This document shows, in pieces, positions 1 through 9,063 of a stretch of 64,000 nucleotides of DNA; within the stretch, counting starts at the first letter, position 1, and every line of letters begins with the position of its first letter. The translations under genes and the position numbers were made by a program. The DNA is from Candidatus Micrarchaeota archaeon (GTDB taxonomy: Archaea > Micrarchaeota > Micrarchaeia > Anstonellales > Bilamarchaeaceae), in assembly GCA_018812625.1 (NCBI GenBank), contig JAHJDH010000025.1, positions 13,726 through 77,725 of the forward strand, read 5' to 3'. The notes beneath the pieces were generated by a model that was given only the letters and a program-made list of their open reading frames with translations, was not told where the DNA came from and ran no database searches.

Positions 1-1
1 A

Positions 2-1063
2 ACAGCACTGGAGATAAATATCCTCACCCTTGAATCATTGAGAAATACAAGCATACAACAAGCTGCAGATATTGAAACTGAAATTTTGGAACTGGAATCA
101 CTAAATGTGACTTTGCAATCGTTTAGAATTTCGCTTGAGGGATATGGAACTGAATTGAATGAAGTAAAAACAACTCAAAGCAATACACTTGGAGAGGTAC
201 TCGATGGACTTACGTCCCTTAATGCATCACTTGTTGAATCCAAAGAAACAATTACTAAATTAAAAGTATTATTTTCTGAGATAAACTCCACCACAAACGA
301 CATAGACAACACTCTTGAAGAGGTTCTTGAGCAAACAAGTTCCGTGGATGCTCTTATTAGTTCGCTTCAAGGAACAGTTGCAGCACAAACGGCAAAGGAT
401 CCTGAAACAATTGCAGCCCCATTATCTGTAAAGGTGGAAAACCAGTATGTGAGAAATAGTTTTGTAGATTTCATTTTACCAAGAGTAATTGCAGTTTCTC
501 TAATGTTTTCCTGCTTTTTGCTTGCTTCAATTAGCGTCGTTCGGGAGAAAACAGGAAAAACAATTGTCCGGCTTTTGATGATGCCAGGAGCTTTGGGAAA
601 TGTAGTTATTGCAAAGATGATATCGATTACTTTGATATCTCTTGGGCAGATTGGTTTGATACTTGTGGTTGCGCTTTTACTCTTTGCAGTTGCCATGCCA
701 GAGAACATAATGATGGTGATTTTAGGAACTGTAATGTCTGCACTTGTACTCTCATCAGTTGGGATAATAGTTGGGTTTTATGCTAGAAGCGAATCTGCAG
801 CAATACAAACATCATTGCTGATTGCAATTCCAATGCTGTTTTTAGGCAACATATTATTTTCTCCGGATTTATTGCCAGTATATACCCAGGCATTGCAACA
901 GTTGCTGCCCCTCTCGCACATAACCAACCTGTTCAAAATAGTCCTGATAACAAACGGAGACCCTTCGACCAATCTTATTGCACTGGGAATTGCATTTGCA
1001 ATTTTGGGGATTGTCCAAGCAATAATTGTAATGAAACGAAGAGATATTAGCCAGTATATTTAG
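2..1063 (+). CDS. ABC-2 type transporter permease with long extracellular coiled-coil (5' end outside window)
   Basis: Frame open from the window start; heptad-like region followed by ~6 TM helices with ABC-2 motifs (VVREKTGKT..RLLMMP, LFSPDLLP..LQQLLPLSH). Confidence 0.85.
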   Translation, partial: TALEINILTLESLRNTSIQQAADIETEILELESLNVTLQSFRISLEGYGTELNEVKTTQSNTLGEVLDGLTSLNASLVESKETITKLKVLFSEINSTTNDIDNTLEEVLEQTSSVDALISSLQGTVAAQTAKDPETIAAPLSVKVENQYVRNSFVDFILPRVIAVSLMFSCFLLASISVVREKTGKTIVRLLMMPGALGNVVIAKMISITLISLGQIGLILVVALLLFAVAMPENIMMVILGTVMSALVLSSVGIIVGFYARSESAAIQTSLLIAIPMLFLGNILFSPDLLPVYTQALQQLLPLSHITNLFKIVLITNGDPSTNLIALGIAFAILGIVQAIIVMKRRDISQYI

Positions 1064-1701
1064 GGAAGATAAGGAGTGATTGGAAGTGCGAGTTCGCTGC
1101 GCGGAATCTTGAGAGAATCATGGAATTGTCCGAAAAATATTCTCAGTGTTTCTGGAGGAAGAGAGGTATGGACAAGAGCATCCAGTTGATCAGGAAGGCA
1201 GGTTATTTTTGAAACAAAGAGAACATCCAAAATTGGATAGTTGCGGAAGAGATAAGCAAGATCGTTTTGCGCTCTGATAGAAGTGATATTTTTTGATGCA
1301 ACGGCACGAATTGTTTTTTCTCGAAGTTTTGAAAGTTCTTGTGCATCAGCAGCACATGCATCAATGAATGCGTCCACGGGATGACTAGATTCGTGCATAG
1401 CAAATGAAACAGAAGACATTTGTCGCAGCTTTAATTGGAAATGGGCTTGAATCTCTCTTGCAAACAAATCCTGGATATTTTCAGAGCAGTCTGATTCAAG
1501 AACTCCGCAGAACAGACCAGGCGAACCATGAGTAAGCAGTCTCTCGACATACTTCTGCTCTTGTGCAGAAGTTAAAGAATGCTTTCCGAGGAAACCTTCT
1601 TTGGCCACTTCCAGAAGAGGAGATGTTGGCATTCCGCGTGCAAATGCCTTTGCTTTGGACCTAAATGTATAGGGTTTTCGCAAAGAAGAACAAGAAACCA
1701 T
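1060..1701 (-). CDS. hypothetical protein
   Basis: ~213-aa ORF filling the gap between the ABC permease and trpS; no family recognised. Confidence 0.6.
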   Translation of the reverse strand: MVSCSSLRKPYTFRSKAKAFARGMPTSPLLEVAKEGFLGKHSLTSAQEQKYVERLLTHGSPGLFCGVLESDCSENIQDLFAREIQAHFQLKLRQMSSVSFAMHESSHPVDAFIDACAADAQELSKLREKTIRAVASKNITSIRAQNDLAYLFRNYPILDVLFVSKITCLPDQLDALVHTSLPPETLRIFFGQFHDSLKIPRSELALPITPYLP

Positions 1702-1773
1702 ACACAATAATATATCTAGTGCGACTTAAAAAGGTTCGTGCTTTTTTTAATCCCTTTTCTCCTTCTATCAGGT

Positions 1774-2910
1774 ATGAAAGATTTCAAGGTCACACCATGG
1801 GAAGTGAGTGGTTCTATTGATTATGAAAAACTCATCAAGCAATTCGGCACAAGCAGGATAGATGAAAAACTAACTGAAAGGTTGGAACGCACTTGTGGAT
1901 CTTTGCACCCGATGCTTCAAAGAGGTTTTTTCTTCTCTCATAGAGATTTGAACCTAATACTTGATGATTATGAAAAAGGAAAGGGTTTTTTCTTATACAC
2001 GGGGAGAAAACCAAGTAAAGGGATGCATATTGGACATATGGTTCCTTTAACATTGACAAAATGGCTACAGGATAAGTTCAAATGCAACTTGTATATTGAG
2101 ATCACAGATGATGAAGGATTCCTGCATAAACGGGATTACACGTGGTCAGATGTCCAAAATGCAGCTACAGAGAACATAGCGGATATTGCAGCACTTGGTT
2201 TTGATCCAGATAGAACTTTTATCTTCAAAGACAGTGAATATATCAAGAATATGTATCCACTACTTCTTCGAGCTGCAAAAAAGATTACAGGGTCCACAGT
2301 AAAGGCAGTATTCGGATTTGACGATTCTACCAATATTGGGCTTTCAATGTATCCTGCAATTCAAACAATACCTTCAATGTTTGAGAAAAAAAGGTGTTTG
2401 ATCCCGTGTGCTATTGATCAGGATAATTACTGGAGGATACAGCGGGACATAGCAGAAGGTCTTGGTTTCCACAAAACATCTGCAATACATAGCAGGTTCC
2501 TTCCGCCATTACAAGGAGTTGAGGGAAAAATGAGCTCCAGTGCAGGAGCGCAAACTGCAATACTGCTTACCGATGATGAAAAACAGGTAAAGAAGAAAAT
2601 CAACAAATATGCATTTTCTGGTGGAAAGGATACAGTTGAAGAGCACAGAAAACTTGGAGGAGATCCTACAATAGATGTTCCGTTCCAATGGCTTTCAATA
2701 ATGTTTGAAGGCGACGATAAAAAACTTGCGCAGATACGCGAGGATTATACATCTGGAAAAATTCTTTCTGGAGAGATGAAAGGAATTCTTATTGAAAAAG
2801 TGAATGAGTTTCTTGTAGATCATAGGACAAGAAAGGAAAATGCAGAAGTAAAAAAGATGATGTACAGCGGAAAGCTTGCAAAAAAAATGTGGGATACTAT
2901 CCATGAGTAG
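1774..2910 (+). CDS. trpS: tryptophan--tRNA ligase (archaeal/eukaryal type)
   Basis: VTPWEV N-terminus, HIGH motif, IDQD, KMSSS; start taken at ATG 1774. Confidence 0.97.
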   Translation: MKDFKVTPWEVSGSIDYEKLIKQFGTSRIDEKLTERLERTCGSLHPMLQRGFFFSHRDLNLILDDYEKGKGFFLYTGRKPSKGMHIGHMVPLTLTKWLQDKFKCNLYIEITDDEGFLHKRDYTWSDVQNAATENIADIAALGFDPDRTFIFKDSEYIKNMYPLLLRAAKKITGSTVKAVFGFDDSTNIGLSMYPAIQTIPSMFEKKRCLIPCAIDQDNYWRIQRDIAEGLGFHKTSAIHSRFLPPLQGVEGKMSSSAGAQTAILLTDDEKQVKKKINKYAFSGGKDTVEEHRKLGGDPTIDVPFQWLSIMFEGDDKKLAQIREDYTSGKILSGEMKGILIEKVNEFLVDHRTRKENAEVKKMMYSGKLAKKMWDTIHE

Positions 2911-3325
2911 TGCAAAAAAACTACGAGAGCGGCCAGAGGTGCCTAAGGCTCTTATTTGCGGTATGTTGAGCGATGGGGGAAGAGTATTATTTTTAGTTAA
3001 AAAAGACCAGCATGGAGTTGAGCGACTGGAGCTTCCCTGGGTATACTCATACCAAACAACTAATCCAGTATCGCAGCTTGGAGAGATCTTTCTCAAACAA
3101 ACAGGAATAGATGCTGAAGTCGGAGAAATTAAACTTGAAGCAAAACATAATGCAGGCTCAAGGCGGAAAAAAAACTGGATATCGTGTTATGTGTTTGAAA
3201 TTAAAGCAAAGAATAAGCAGGCACACCCAAGCAGCGAATTTGTTGGTTTTCGATGGGTAGGCCTAAAAGAAGTAAAAAAAGAGAAACTTGGAAGAATGAC
3301 TGAATGGATCATGAAACTAATTTGA
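2903..3325 (+). CDS. NUDIX-fold protein with degenerate Nudix box
   Basis: Nudix-like layout (VLFLVK...LELP...LKQTGI...SEFVGFRWV); ATG overlaps the trpS 3' end. Confidence 0.65.
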   Translation: MSSAKKLRERPEVPKALICGMLSDGGRVLFLVKKDQHGVERLELPWVYSYQTTNPVSQLGEIFLKQTGIDAEVGEIKLEAKHNAGSRRKKNWISCYVFEIKAKNKQAHPSSEFVGFRWVGLKEVKKEKLGRMTEWIMKLI

Positions 3326-3710
3326 ACTTGAATCCATAGTGGACCAGCCCTTCTGGATCATCCCTTTGGATAACCCTAAATACCTGCTCAACTTTTGATC
3401 CAATTTTAACATCAGCTTTAGTGACATCTACAACTTGTGCAGTAAGTCTTGCCCCTTCCTTAAGTTCGATCACAGCCAGGATATATGGAATCTGATCCTC
3501 AAATCCTTGGGGAGGTGCATTTACTTCCGTAAATGAGAAGATCGTACCTTTTCCAGAATATCGGACATCGACGAGTTTTCCTTTTCTTCTGCAAGCTGGA
3601 CAGATACTGCGCTTTGGGAAGTAATTCTTAGAGCAGGTTTCGCATTTTACTCCAAGAAGTCGGTATCTCTCTGGAATCCTTCTCCAGGTAAGTGGAATTG
3701 CTTCTTTCAT
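3309..3710 (-). CDS. DUF35 Zn-ribbon/OB-fold protein (thiolase/HMG-CoA synthase scaffold family)
   Basis: CxxC...CxxC ribbon, G.I.SFT, PY.LA.IEL..G, YGFKF C-terminus. Confidence 0.9.
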   Translation of the reverse strand: MKEAIPLTWRRIPERYRLLGVKCETCSKNYFPKRSICPACRRKGKLVDVRYSGKGTIFSFTEVNAPPQGFEDQIPYILAVIELKEGARLTAQVVDVTKADVKIGSKVEQVFRVIQRDDPEGLVHYGFKFKLVS

Positions 3711-3719
3711 GATATCACG

Positions 3720-4382
3720 TTATTGCATGGTGTTTTTATGTTTTTCGTGGTGCTCTTTGAAGGTCTTTATCCCATTGTCAGTAAGTGGATGATGCCAAAG
3801 CTTCTCAAGTACTGCTGCTGGAACAGTTGCAATGTGAGCTCCGGCCCTTGCAGATTCAAGTATATGCACAGGGTGCCTGATAGATGCAACTATTACTTCT
3901 GTACTAAAGTCATAATTACCATAGATGTCCATGATATCTGAGATAAGATCAGTGCCAGTTTCTGAGATATCATCAAGCCTTCCAACAAATGGAGAGACGT
4001 ATGTTGCTCCTGCTTTGGCAGCAAGTAAAGCTTGAGATGCTGAGAAAACAAGTGTGACATTTGTCTTGACGCCTTTTTGAGAAAGAGCGCGAACAGCTTT
4101 CATTCCTTCTTTGGTCATTGGAATTTTAATTACAACATTTGGACCCCAGGTAGAGAATTCTTCTGCTTCTTTGATCATATCTTCTGCAGTTTCGGCAATT
4201 CCCTCAACTGAAACAGGACCATCGACTACTTTAGAAATTTCTTGAATTACTGTTTTGTGGTCTTTGCCAGCTTTCATAATTAGTGATGGGTTTGTTGTAA
4301 CTCCATCACACATCCCAAGAGCAACTGCTCTTCTTATTTCTTCAACGTCCGCTGTATCAAGGAAAAATTTCATATTCATCAC
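3720..4382 (-). CDS. tal: transaldolase (TalC/FSA family)
   Basis: [21 protein letters not shown] (Schiff-base Lys), [18 protein letters not shown]. Confidence 0.95.
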   Translation of the reverse strand: MMNMKFFLDTADVEEIRRAVALGMCDGVTTNPSLIMKAGKDHKTVIQEISKVVDGPVSVEGIAETAEDMIKEAEEFSTWGPNVVIKIPMTKEGMKAVRALSQKGVKTNVTLVFSASQALLAAKAGATYVSPFVGRLDDISETGTDLISDIMDIYGNYDFSTEVIVASIRHPVHILESARAGAHIATVPAAVLEKLWHHPLTDNGIKTFKEHHEKHKNTMQ

Positions 4383-5341
4383 TTTTTCATTTTCATAGAT
4401 TCTTCTACGGTTTTTGCAATGCCATCAGTATCGAGCATGTATTTTTTTAGAAGTTCATTCGCACTTGCAGATTCACAGAACCGATTATAGATACCATGTC
4501 GTTTTACTGGAATTGGATATTTCTCGGAAACTGTTTCCGAAATTGCGCTTCCAAGACCGCCAACAACCTGGTGATCTTCAACAGATACTATCAATCCGCA
4601 GTCTTTTGCATATTTCAAAACTGCATCTTCATCAATTGGTTTAATTGTATGGCAATCAACAACTGCAGCATCAATTCCTTTTTCTTTGAGTTTTTCTGCT
4701 GCCATAAGCGCATCATAGACTACAATACCATGAGCAAATATTGCAACATCAGAGCCTTCACGATAAACATTTGCTTTGCCAATCTCAAATGGATCATCTG
4801 CAGTAGTGAAAACAGGAACCTTTTGCCGTGAGGTTCTTATGTAACAAGGAGTTTTGATTGCTGCGGCTGCTAGTGTTGCTTTGCATGTTTCTTCAGCATC
4901 TGCTGGAGACATAACGATAATATTGGGAAGAGAGCGCACGATTGCAATGTCTTCAAGAACCTGGTGTGAGGCGCCATCAGGACCAACAGTAATTCCAGTG
5001 TGTGATGCGTGGAAATTTACATTAACATCATTATAACATACTGAAACTCGGATTTGATCCCAGTTTCTCCCTGGAGAAAACGCACCAAATGCAGAAACAA
5101 AAACAGTTTTGCCAAGACTTGCAATTCCAGATGCAACGCCGACCATATTTTGCTCTGCAACGCCGACCTGGACAAATCTCTTTGGATATTTTTCTGCAAA
5201 CCAGTTGGTTCGAGTTGACCCAGAAACATCTGCAGTGAGTGCCCATACATTTTCATCTTTTTCTCCAAGCTCGAGCAAGCCTTTTCCAAACCCATCACGA
5301 GTGGGTTTTCTGGTCTCTGGATTATGTAAATCAGCGATCAT
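4379..5341 (-). CDS. transketolase, C-terminal subunit
   Basis: [25 protein letters not shown] motifs. Confidence 0.95.
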   Translation of the reverse strand: MIADLHNPETRKPTRDGFGKGLLELGEKDENVWALTADVSGSTRTNWFAEKYPKRFVQVGVAEQNMVGVASGIASLGKTVFVSAFGAFSPGRNWDQIRVSVCYNDVNVNFHASHTGITVGPDGASHQVLEDIAIVRSLPNIIVMSPADAEETCKATLAAAAIKTPCYIRTSRQKVPVFTTADDPFEIGKANVYREGSDVAIFAHGIVVYDALMAAEKLKEKGIDAAVVDCHTIKPIDEDAVLKYAKDCGLIVSVEDHQVVGGLGSAISETVSEKYPIPVKRHGIYNRFCESASANELLKKYMLDTDGIAKTVEESMKMKK

Positions 5342-6207
5342 GCTTCTCCCTCCTCAATCAGTTTTTTCATATTTTCAAGCTCTTTGAGAGCCTTTTCCAT
5401 ATCTTCTTTGCTTGGGGGCTTTCCATGCCATTCAAAACTGTATTCCATAAAGGAAACTGCTTTTCCTGGGATAGTGTGTGCAATAATCATTGTAGGTTTT
5501 TCATATACAGCTCTGCTTTCATTGCATGCATTAATGATTTGCTGGATATTATGTCCATCAATATCTATCACATGCCAACCAAAGGATTTGAATTTTTCAG
5601 CCAGAGGCTCAAGAGGCATAACATCCTCAGTATAACCATCTATCTGGATATTGTTTCGATCCATTATTACAGTTAGATTCCCAAGTTTGAGCTTTGCTGC
5701 AAGCATTGCCGCTTCCCAGCTTTGGCCTTCTTGTTGCTCTCCATCTGAAACCATACAGTAAACTCTGGATTTCTTCTTTTCAGTTTTTGCAACTAGAGCC
5801 ATACCAATAGCCTGAGAAAGCCCCTGGCCAAGAGGACCAGAAGAAGTTTCGATTCCAGGAAGCAACGTCCTGTGAGGATGCCCCTGAAGGCGAGTGCCAA
5901 GTTTACGGAGGGTCATGAGCTCTTCTTTTGGGAAATAGCCAGAATTTGCAAGTACTGCATACAAGACGGGGCAGACATGTCCGTTTGAAAGAACAAAACG
6001 ATCTCGCTCTGGCCAATCCGGATTGTCTGGATCATGATATAATACATTGGAGTAGAGTGCTACGAAGATATCAGCAAGTCCAATAGAACCTGCAGAGTGT
6101 CCGCTTTTAGCCTCGTATATCATTTTGACAACATCCTGACGGACCTCATTCGCAATCAAATTCAGTTGCTTTATGTTATTTATTTTTTTTCGTCTCATTC
6201 TTGGCAC
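5338..6207 (-). CDS. transketolase, N-terminal (ThDP-binding) subunit
   Basis: SGHSAGS, DRFVLSNGH, LQGHP, GPLGQG, SDGEQQEG...N ThDP motif. Confidence 0.95.
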   Translation of the reverse strand: MPRMRRKKINNIKQLNLIANEVRQDVVKMIYEAKSGHSAGSIGLADIFVALYSNVLYHDPDNPDWPERDRFVLSNGHVCPVLYAVLANSGYFPKEELMTLRKLGTRLQGHPHRTLLPGIETSSGPLGQGLSQAIGMALVAKTEKKKSRVYCMVSDGEQQEGQSWEAAMLAAKLKLGNLTVIMDRNNIQIDGYTEDVMPLEPLAEKFKSFGWHVIDIDGHNIQQIINACNESRAVYEKPTMIIAHTIPGKAVSFMEYSFEWHGKPPSKEDMEKALKELENMKKLIEEGEA

Positions 6208-6833
6208 CCACGTGTAGCAGTTTTCTTGAGGTTTTCAATATTTGTTTTTACTTCACCAGAAAAAATGGCACTTGCAGCAGCAAGATAATTTGCTCCAGCA
6301 ACATATGCACCATGAATGGTTTGTAGGCAGACGCCCCCATCCACTTCAATATTCATATCTGGTTTTAATTCCCGGATTTTTCTTATTTTTTCTTCCATAT
6401 TTGCCAGGTATGTTTGTCCAGAGAAACCAGGGCGAACAGTCATTACTAAAACTTCTTCAATATTGGACAGATAGGGCATGAGCTTTTCAACGGGGGTCTC
6501 GGGATTTATTGCAAGACCAAGCTTCCCACCTGCTTGTTTTACAGTTTTTATGAGTTTGTCAAAATCATTGATTGTCTCAACATGCACAAGATGCATGTGT
6601 GGCCCTGGAGTTTTTTCAATCCATTTTTCAGGATGAAAAACCATCCAGTGAAATTCATAATTTGCATTTGGCAGATCATGCAATGATTCGAGGCCAATGG
6701 TTTTGTTGGGAACAAATTCACCATCCATGATATCAAGCTGGATTATATTGACATGATCCTGGATAAGGGCGATACGTGAGAGAAGCTCCTCCCTACTTTT
6801 GACTAAGATTGCTGGTATTATCTCAAGCTGCAT
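6195..6833 (-). CDS. rpe: ribulose-phosphate 3-epimerase
   Basis: DIMDGEFVPN, H.M, HVE, GLAINPETP, MTVRPGFSGQ, EVDGG. Confidence 0.93.
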   Translation of the reverse strand: MQLEIIPAILVKSREELLSRIALIQDHVNIIQLDIMDGEFVPNKTIGLESLHDLPNANYEFHWMVFHPEKWIEKTPGPHMHLVHVETINDFDKLIKTVKQAGGKLGLAINPETPVEKLMPYLSNIEEVLVMTVRPGFSGQTYLANMEEKIRKIRELKPDMNIEVDGGVCLQTIHGAYVAGANYLAAASAIFSGEVKTNIENLKKTATRGCQE

Positions 6834-7096
6834 TGTCCTCTCCCGCGCGAGTAATTAGACCCGTAAATAAGATAGATTATGAGTTAATAAAAAGATACCG
6901 CATAAACTGTGGTTCGAGGTAGTGATAATGGTTCTGAGGGGAAAATGATGGAAACGTTTAAATACTTAATGGGTACTCAAATAGGATGCGAAAAAAATAT
7001 TAACAGAAATGTTGTTAGACATAAGTTTTTTGTCAGAACAAAAATTGTATTTGTTCTTAGTAGAATAATGAAAAAAAATTTATAGGAAGATGAAAA

Positions 7097-7519
7097 ATGG
7101 AACTACAACACATACATTTAACTGTGAACGCAAAAATCGACCCGTCTTTCAAGGCGTTGCCTCGGGAAGAAGCAAAGCGTTTCGTGGACATGTTGCTAAA
7201 AGAAATTGGCATGAAGCCACTTGGGGACATTAATTGGGCTGATGCCGAAGACTTAGATTTTCCAGGCCAAAGTTTTGTGCAGATGATAACTACTTCTCAT
7301 TGTTCACTGCATTTCTTTGACCACGATGGGGAAGATAATGAAGTTTACTTTGACCTTTATTCCTGCAGAAGCTTCGACACCGATAAGGTGATAAGCCTCC
7401 TAAATGACAAATTTGGACTTCGTAGTTGGCATGGAGTGTTATTTACACGTGCCACAGGCGAAGAACCAGAAATAAAAAAGATTAGTGGTCAAAAACAAAA
7501 AATGGAAATAATTAACTGA
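7097..7519 (+). CDS. pyruvoyl-dependent S-adenosylmethionine decarboxylase proenzyme-like protein
   Basis: ITTSHCSLH (E/T-S-H self-cleavage site) and FDLYSC motifs of the SpeD/SpeH family; substrate uncertain. Confidence 0.75.
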   Translation: MELQHIHLTVNAKIDPSFKALPREEAKRFVDMLLKEIGMKPLGDINWADAEDLDFPGQSFVQMITTSHCSLHFFDHDGEDNEVYFDLYSCRSFDTDKVISLLNDKFGLRSWHGVLFTRATGEEPEIKKISGQKQKMEIIN

Positions 7520-7544
7520 TTTTTTTCTTATTTTTATTTATCAA

Positions 7545-8705
7545 TCATTGATTTTTGTAGATATGAACTACAGCAGTAGCGCCGCTTCCACCAACATTGT
7601 GACTTAGTGCAACATTAGCATCTTTGACTTGCCTGCCTTCTGCTTCCCCACGAAGTTGCCAAACACATTCGACTGCTTGTTTAACTCCAGTTGCACCGAC
7701 AGGATGACCACATGCTTTTAGACCGCCAGAAGTATTAATTGGAATCTCGGCACCTATGGCAGTTCTCCCATCAAGAGAGGCCTGTCCTCCTTTTCCTTTC
7801 TCAAAGAATCCAATATCTTCAATTGCCATGATTTCAGCAATAGTAAAGCAATCGTGAACTTCGGCAAGGTTGATGTCTTTGGGAGTTACTTTGGCCATTT
7901 CAAAGGCTTTTTTAGCAGCAACCTGAGTTGCCCGAAGCCCAGTCAAAGATTGTCTGGAGTGTAGCGCGATAGTATCGCTAGCCTGAGCGCTTGCAGTAAT
8001 TTCGATTGGTTTTTTTGTAAAGCTCTCTGCCATATCCATAGGAGCAAGAATTACACCAGCCGCACCATCAGTTATTGGAGAACAGTCGAAAACCTTGAGC
8101 GGATCAGCAATCATTTTGGATCCTAGCACTTGTTCCATTGAAATTTCTCTTGGAAATTGTGCATACTTGTTGTGAACTCCGTGTTTGTGGTTTTTTACAG
8201 CAACTGACGCCATCATTTCTTCAGTAGTGCCAAAATCTTCCATGTGCCTTCTTGCCATAAGAGCATAAATAGCAGGAAACGTCGCTCCGAGGAATAGTTC
8301 CCACTCCTGGTCCCCAGCACCACCAAGAATATCACTTACAGTATTGACGCCAAGCTCTGTCATTTTCTCAACACCACCAACTACTACAATGTCATGCATT
8401 CCGCTAGCTACTGCCATAACTCCTTGGCGAAGTGCCAGTGAACCAGATGCACATGCGCCCTCAACACGGGTGATGGGAATGGGATTTAGACCCATATAAT
8501 CAGCAATAAGGCCTCCGATGTGTTCTTGGCCGATTAATCGTCCGGATGCCATTGTTCCAATATATCCAGCATCAATCGCGTCTCCGCTAATGCCAGCATC
8601 AGTAAGTGCTTTGACACCTGCCTCGACAACAAGCTCTCGAAAACCCTGTTCCCAATTTTCACCAAATTTGGTCATTCCAGCTCCGATAATTCCGACTCGT
8701 CTCAT
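7545..8705 (-). CDS. archaeal acetyl-CoA acetyltransferase (thiolase)
   Basis: EGACASG catalytic Cys, GVEKM, EVHDCF, GHPVGATG, HNVGG. Confidence 0.93.
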   Translation of the reverse strand: MRRVGIIGAGMTKFGENWEQGFRELVVEAGVKALTDAGISGDAIDAGYIGTMASGRLIGQEHIGGLIADYMGLNPIPITRVEGACASGSLALRQGVMAVASGMHDIVVVGGVEKMTELGVNTVSDILGGAGDQEWELFLGATFPAIYALMARRHMEDFGTTEEMMASVAVKNHKHGVHNKYAQFPREISMEQVLGSKMIADPLKVFDCSPITDGAAGVILAPMDMAESFTKKPIEITASAQASDTIALHSRQSLTGLRATQVAAKKAFEMAKVTPKDINLAEVHDCFTIAEIMAIEDIGFFEKGKGGQASLDGRTAIGAEIPINTSGGLKACGHPVGATGVKQAVECVWQLRGEAEGRQVKDANVALSHNVGGSGATAVVHIYKNQ

Positions 8706-8759
8706 AAACATTACACCTTAAGAAGGATAAATTATTGCCGTGAGCAATTTAAAAAAGTA

Positions 8760-9014
8760 TTATCTGGAGCTGGTCCAGCGTTTCTTGAAAAATGGGAGGG
8801 TTAATGTAGATAAAACAAAGGCTAAAGTCGGAACAAAAGACGCTAGATAAGGATTTGGAGCTTCGATGATAAGGAACAGTGTTAATGATAAAAAATAGGT
8901 CCCACCTGCGATTATGATACGACGAAATAAGCTGGTCTCCCAAGCCTTGTCTGATTCGACGCGAATGTTGCGCTCTTTGAGAGCAGCTATTTCAAGCTCA
9001 AGTTTTTTCATCAT
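8760..9014 (-). CDS. small membrane protein
   Basis: ERNxRVE.DKAWETS motif followed by two TM segments. Confidence 0.7.
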   Translation of the reverse strand: MMKKLELEIAALKERNIRVESDKAWETSLFRRIIIAGGTYFLSLTLFLIIEAPNPYLASFVPTLAFVLSTLTLPFFKKRWTSSR

Positions 9015-9063
9015 AAAATGATTTGTTGAAAAATATTAAAAACAAACTATTCAGTATAGACAT

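Noticed and set aside
1060-1701. ADP-ribosyltransferase-like toxin (LTHGS resembling the ART HG motif)
   Set aside because: Only a three-residue resemblance; no further ART motifs could be identified by eye.
6920-6952. Second C/D sRNA (GTGATAA...CTGA...ATGATGG)
   Set aside because: Boxes are degenerate, the guide is too short, and there is no terminal D box or stem.
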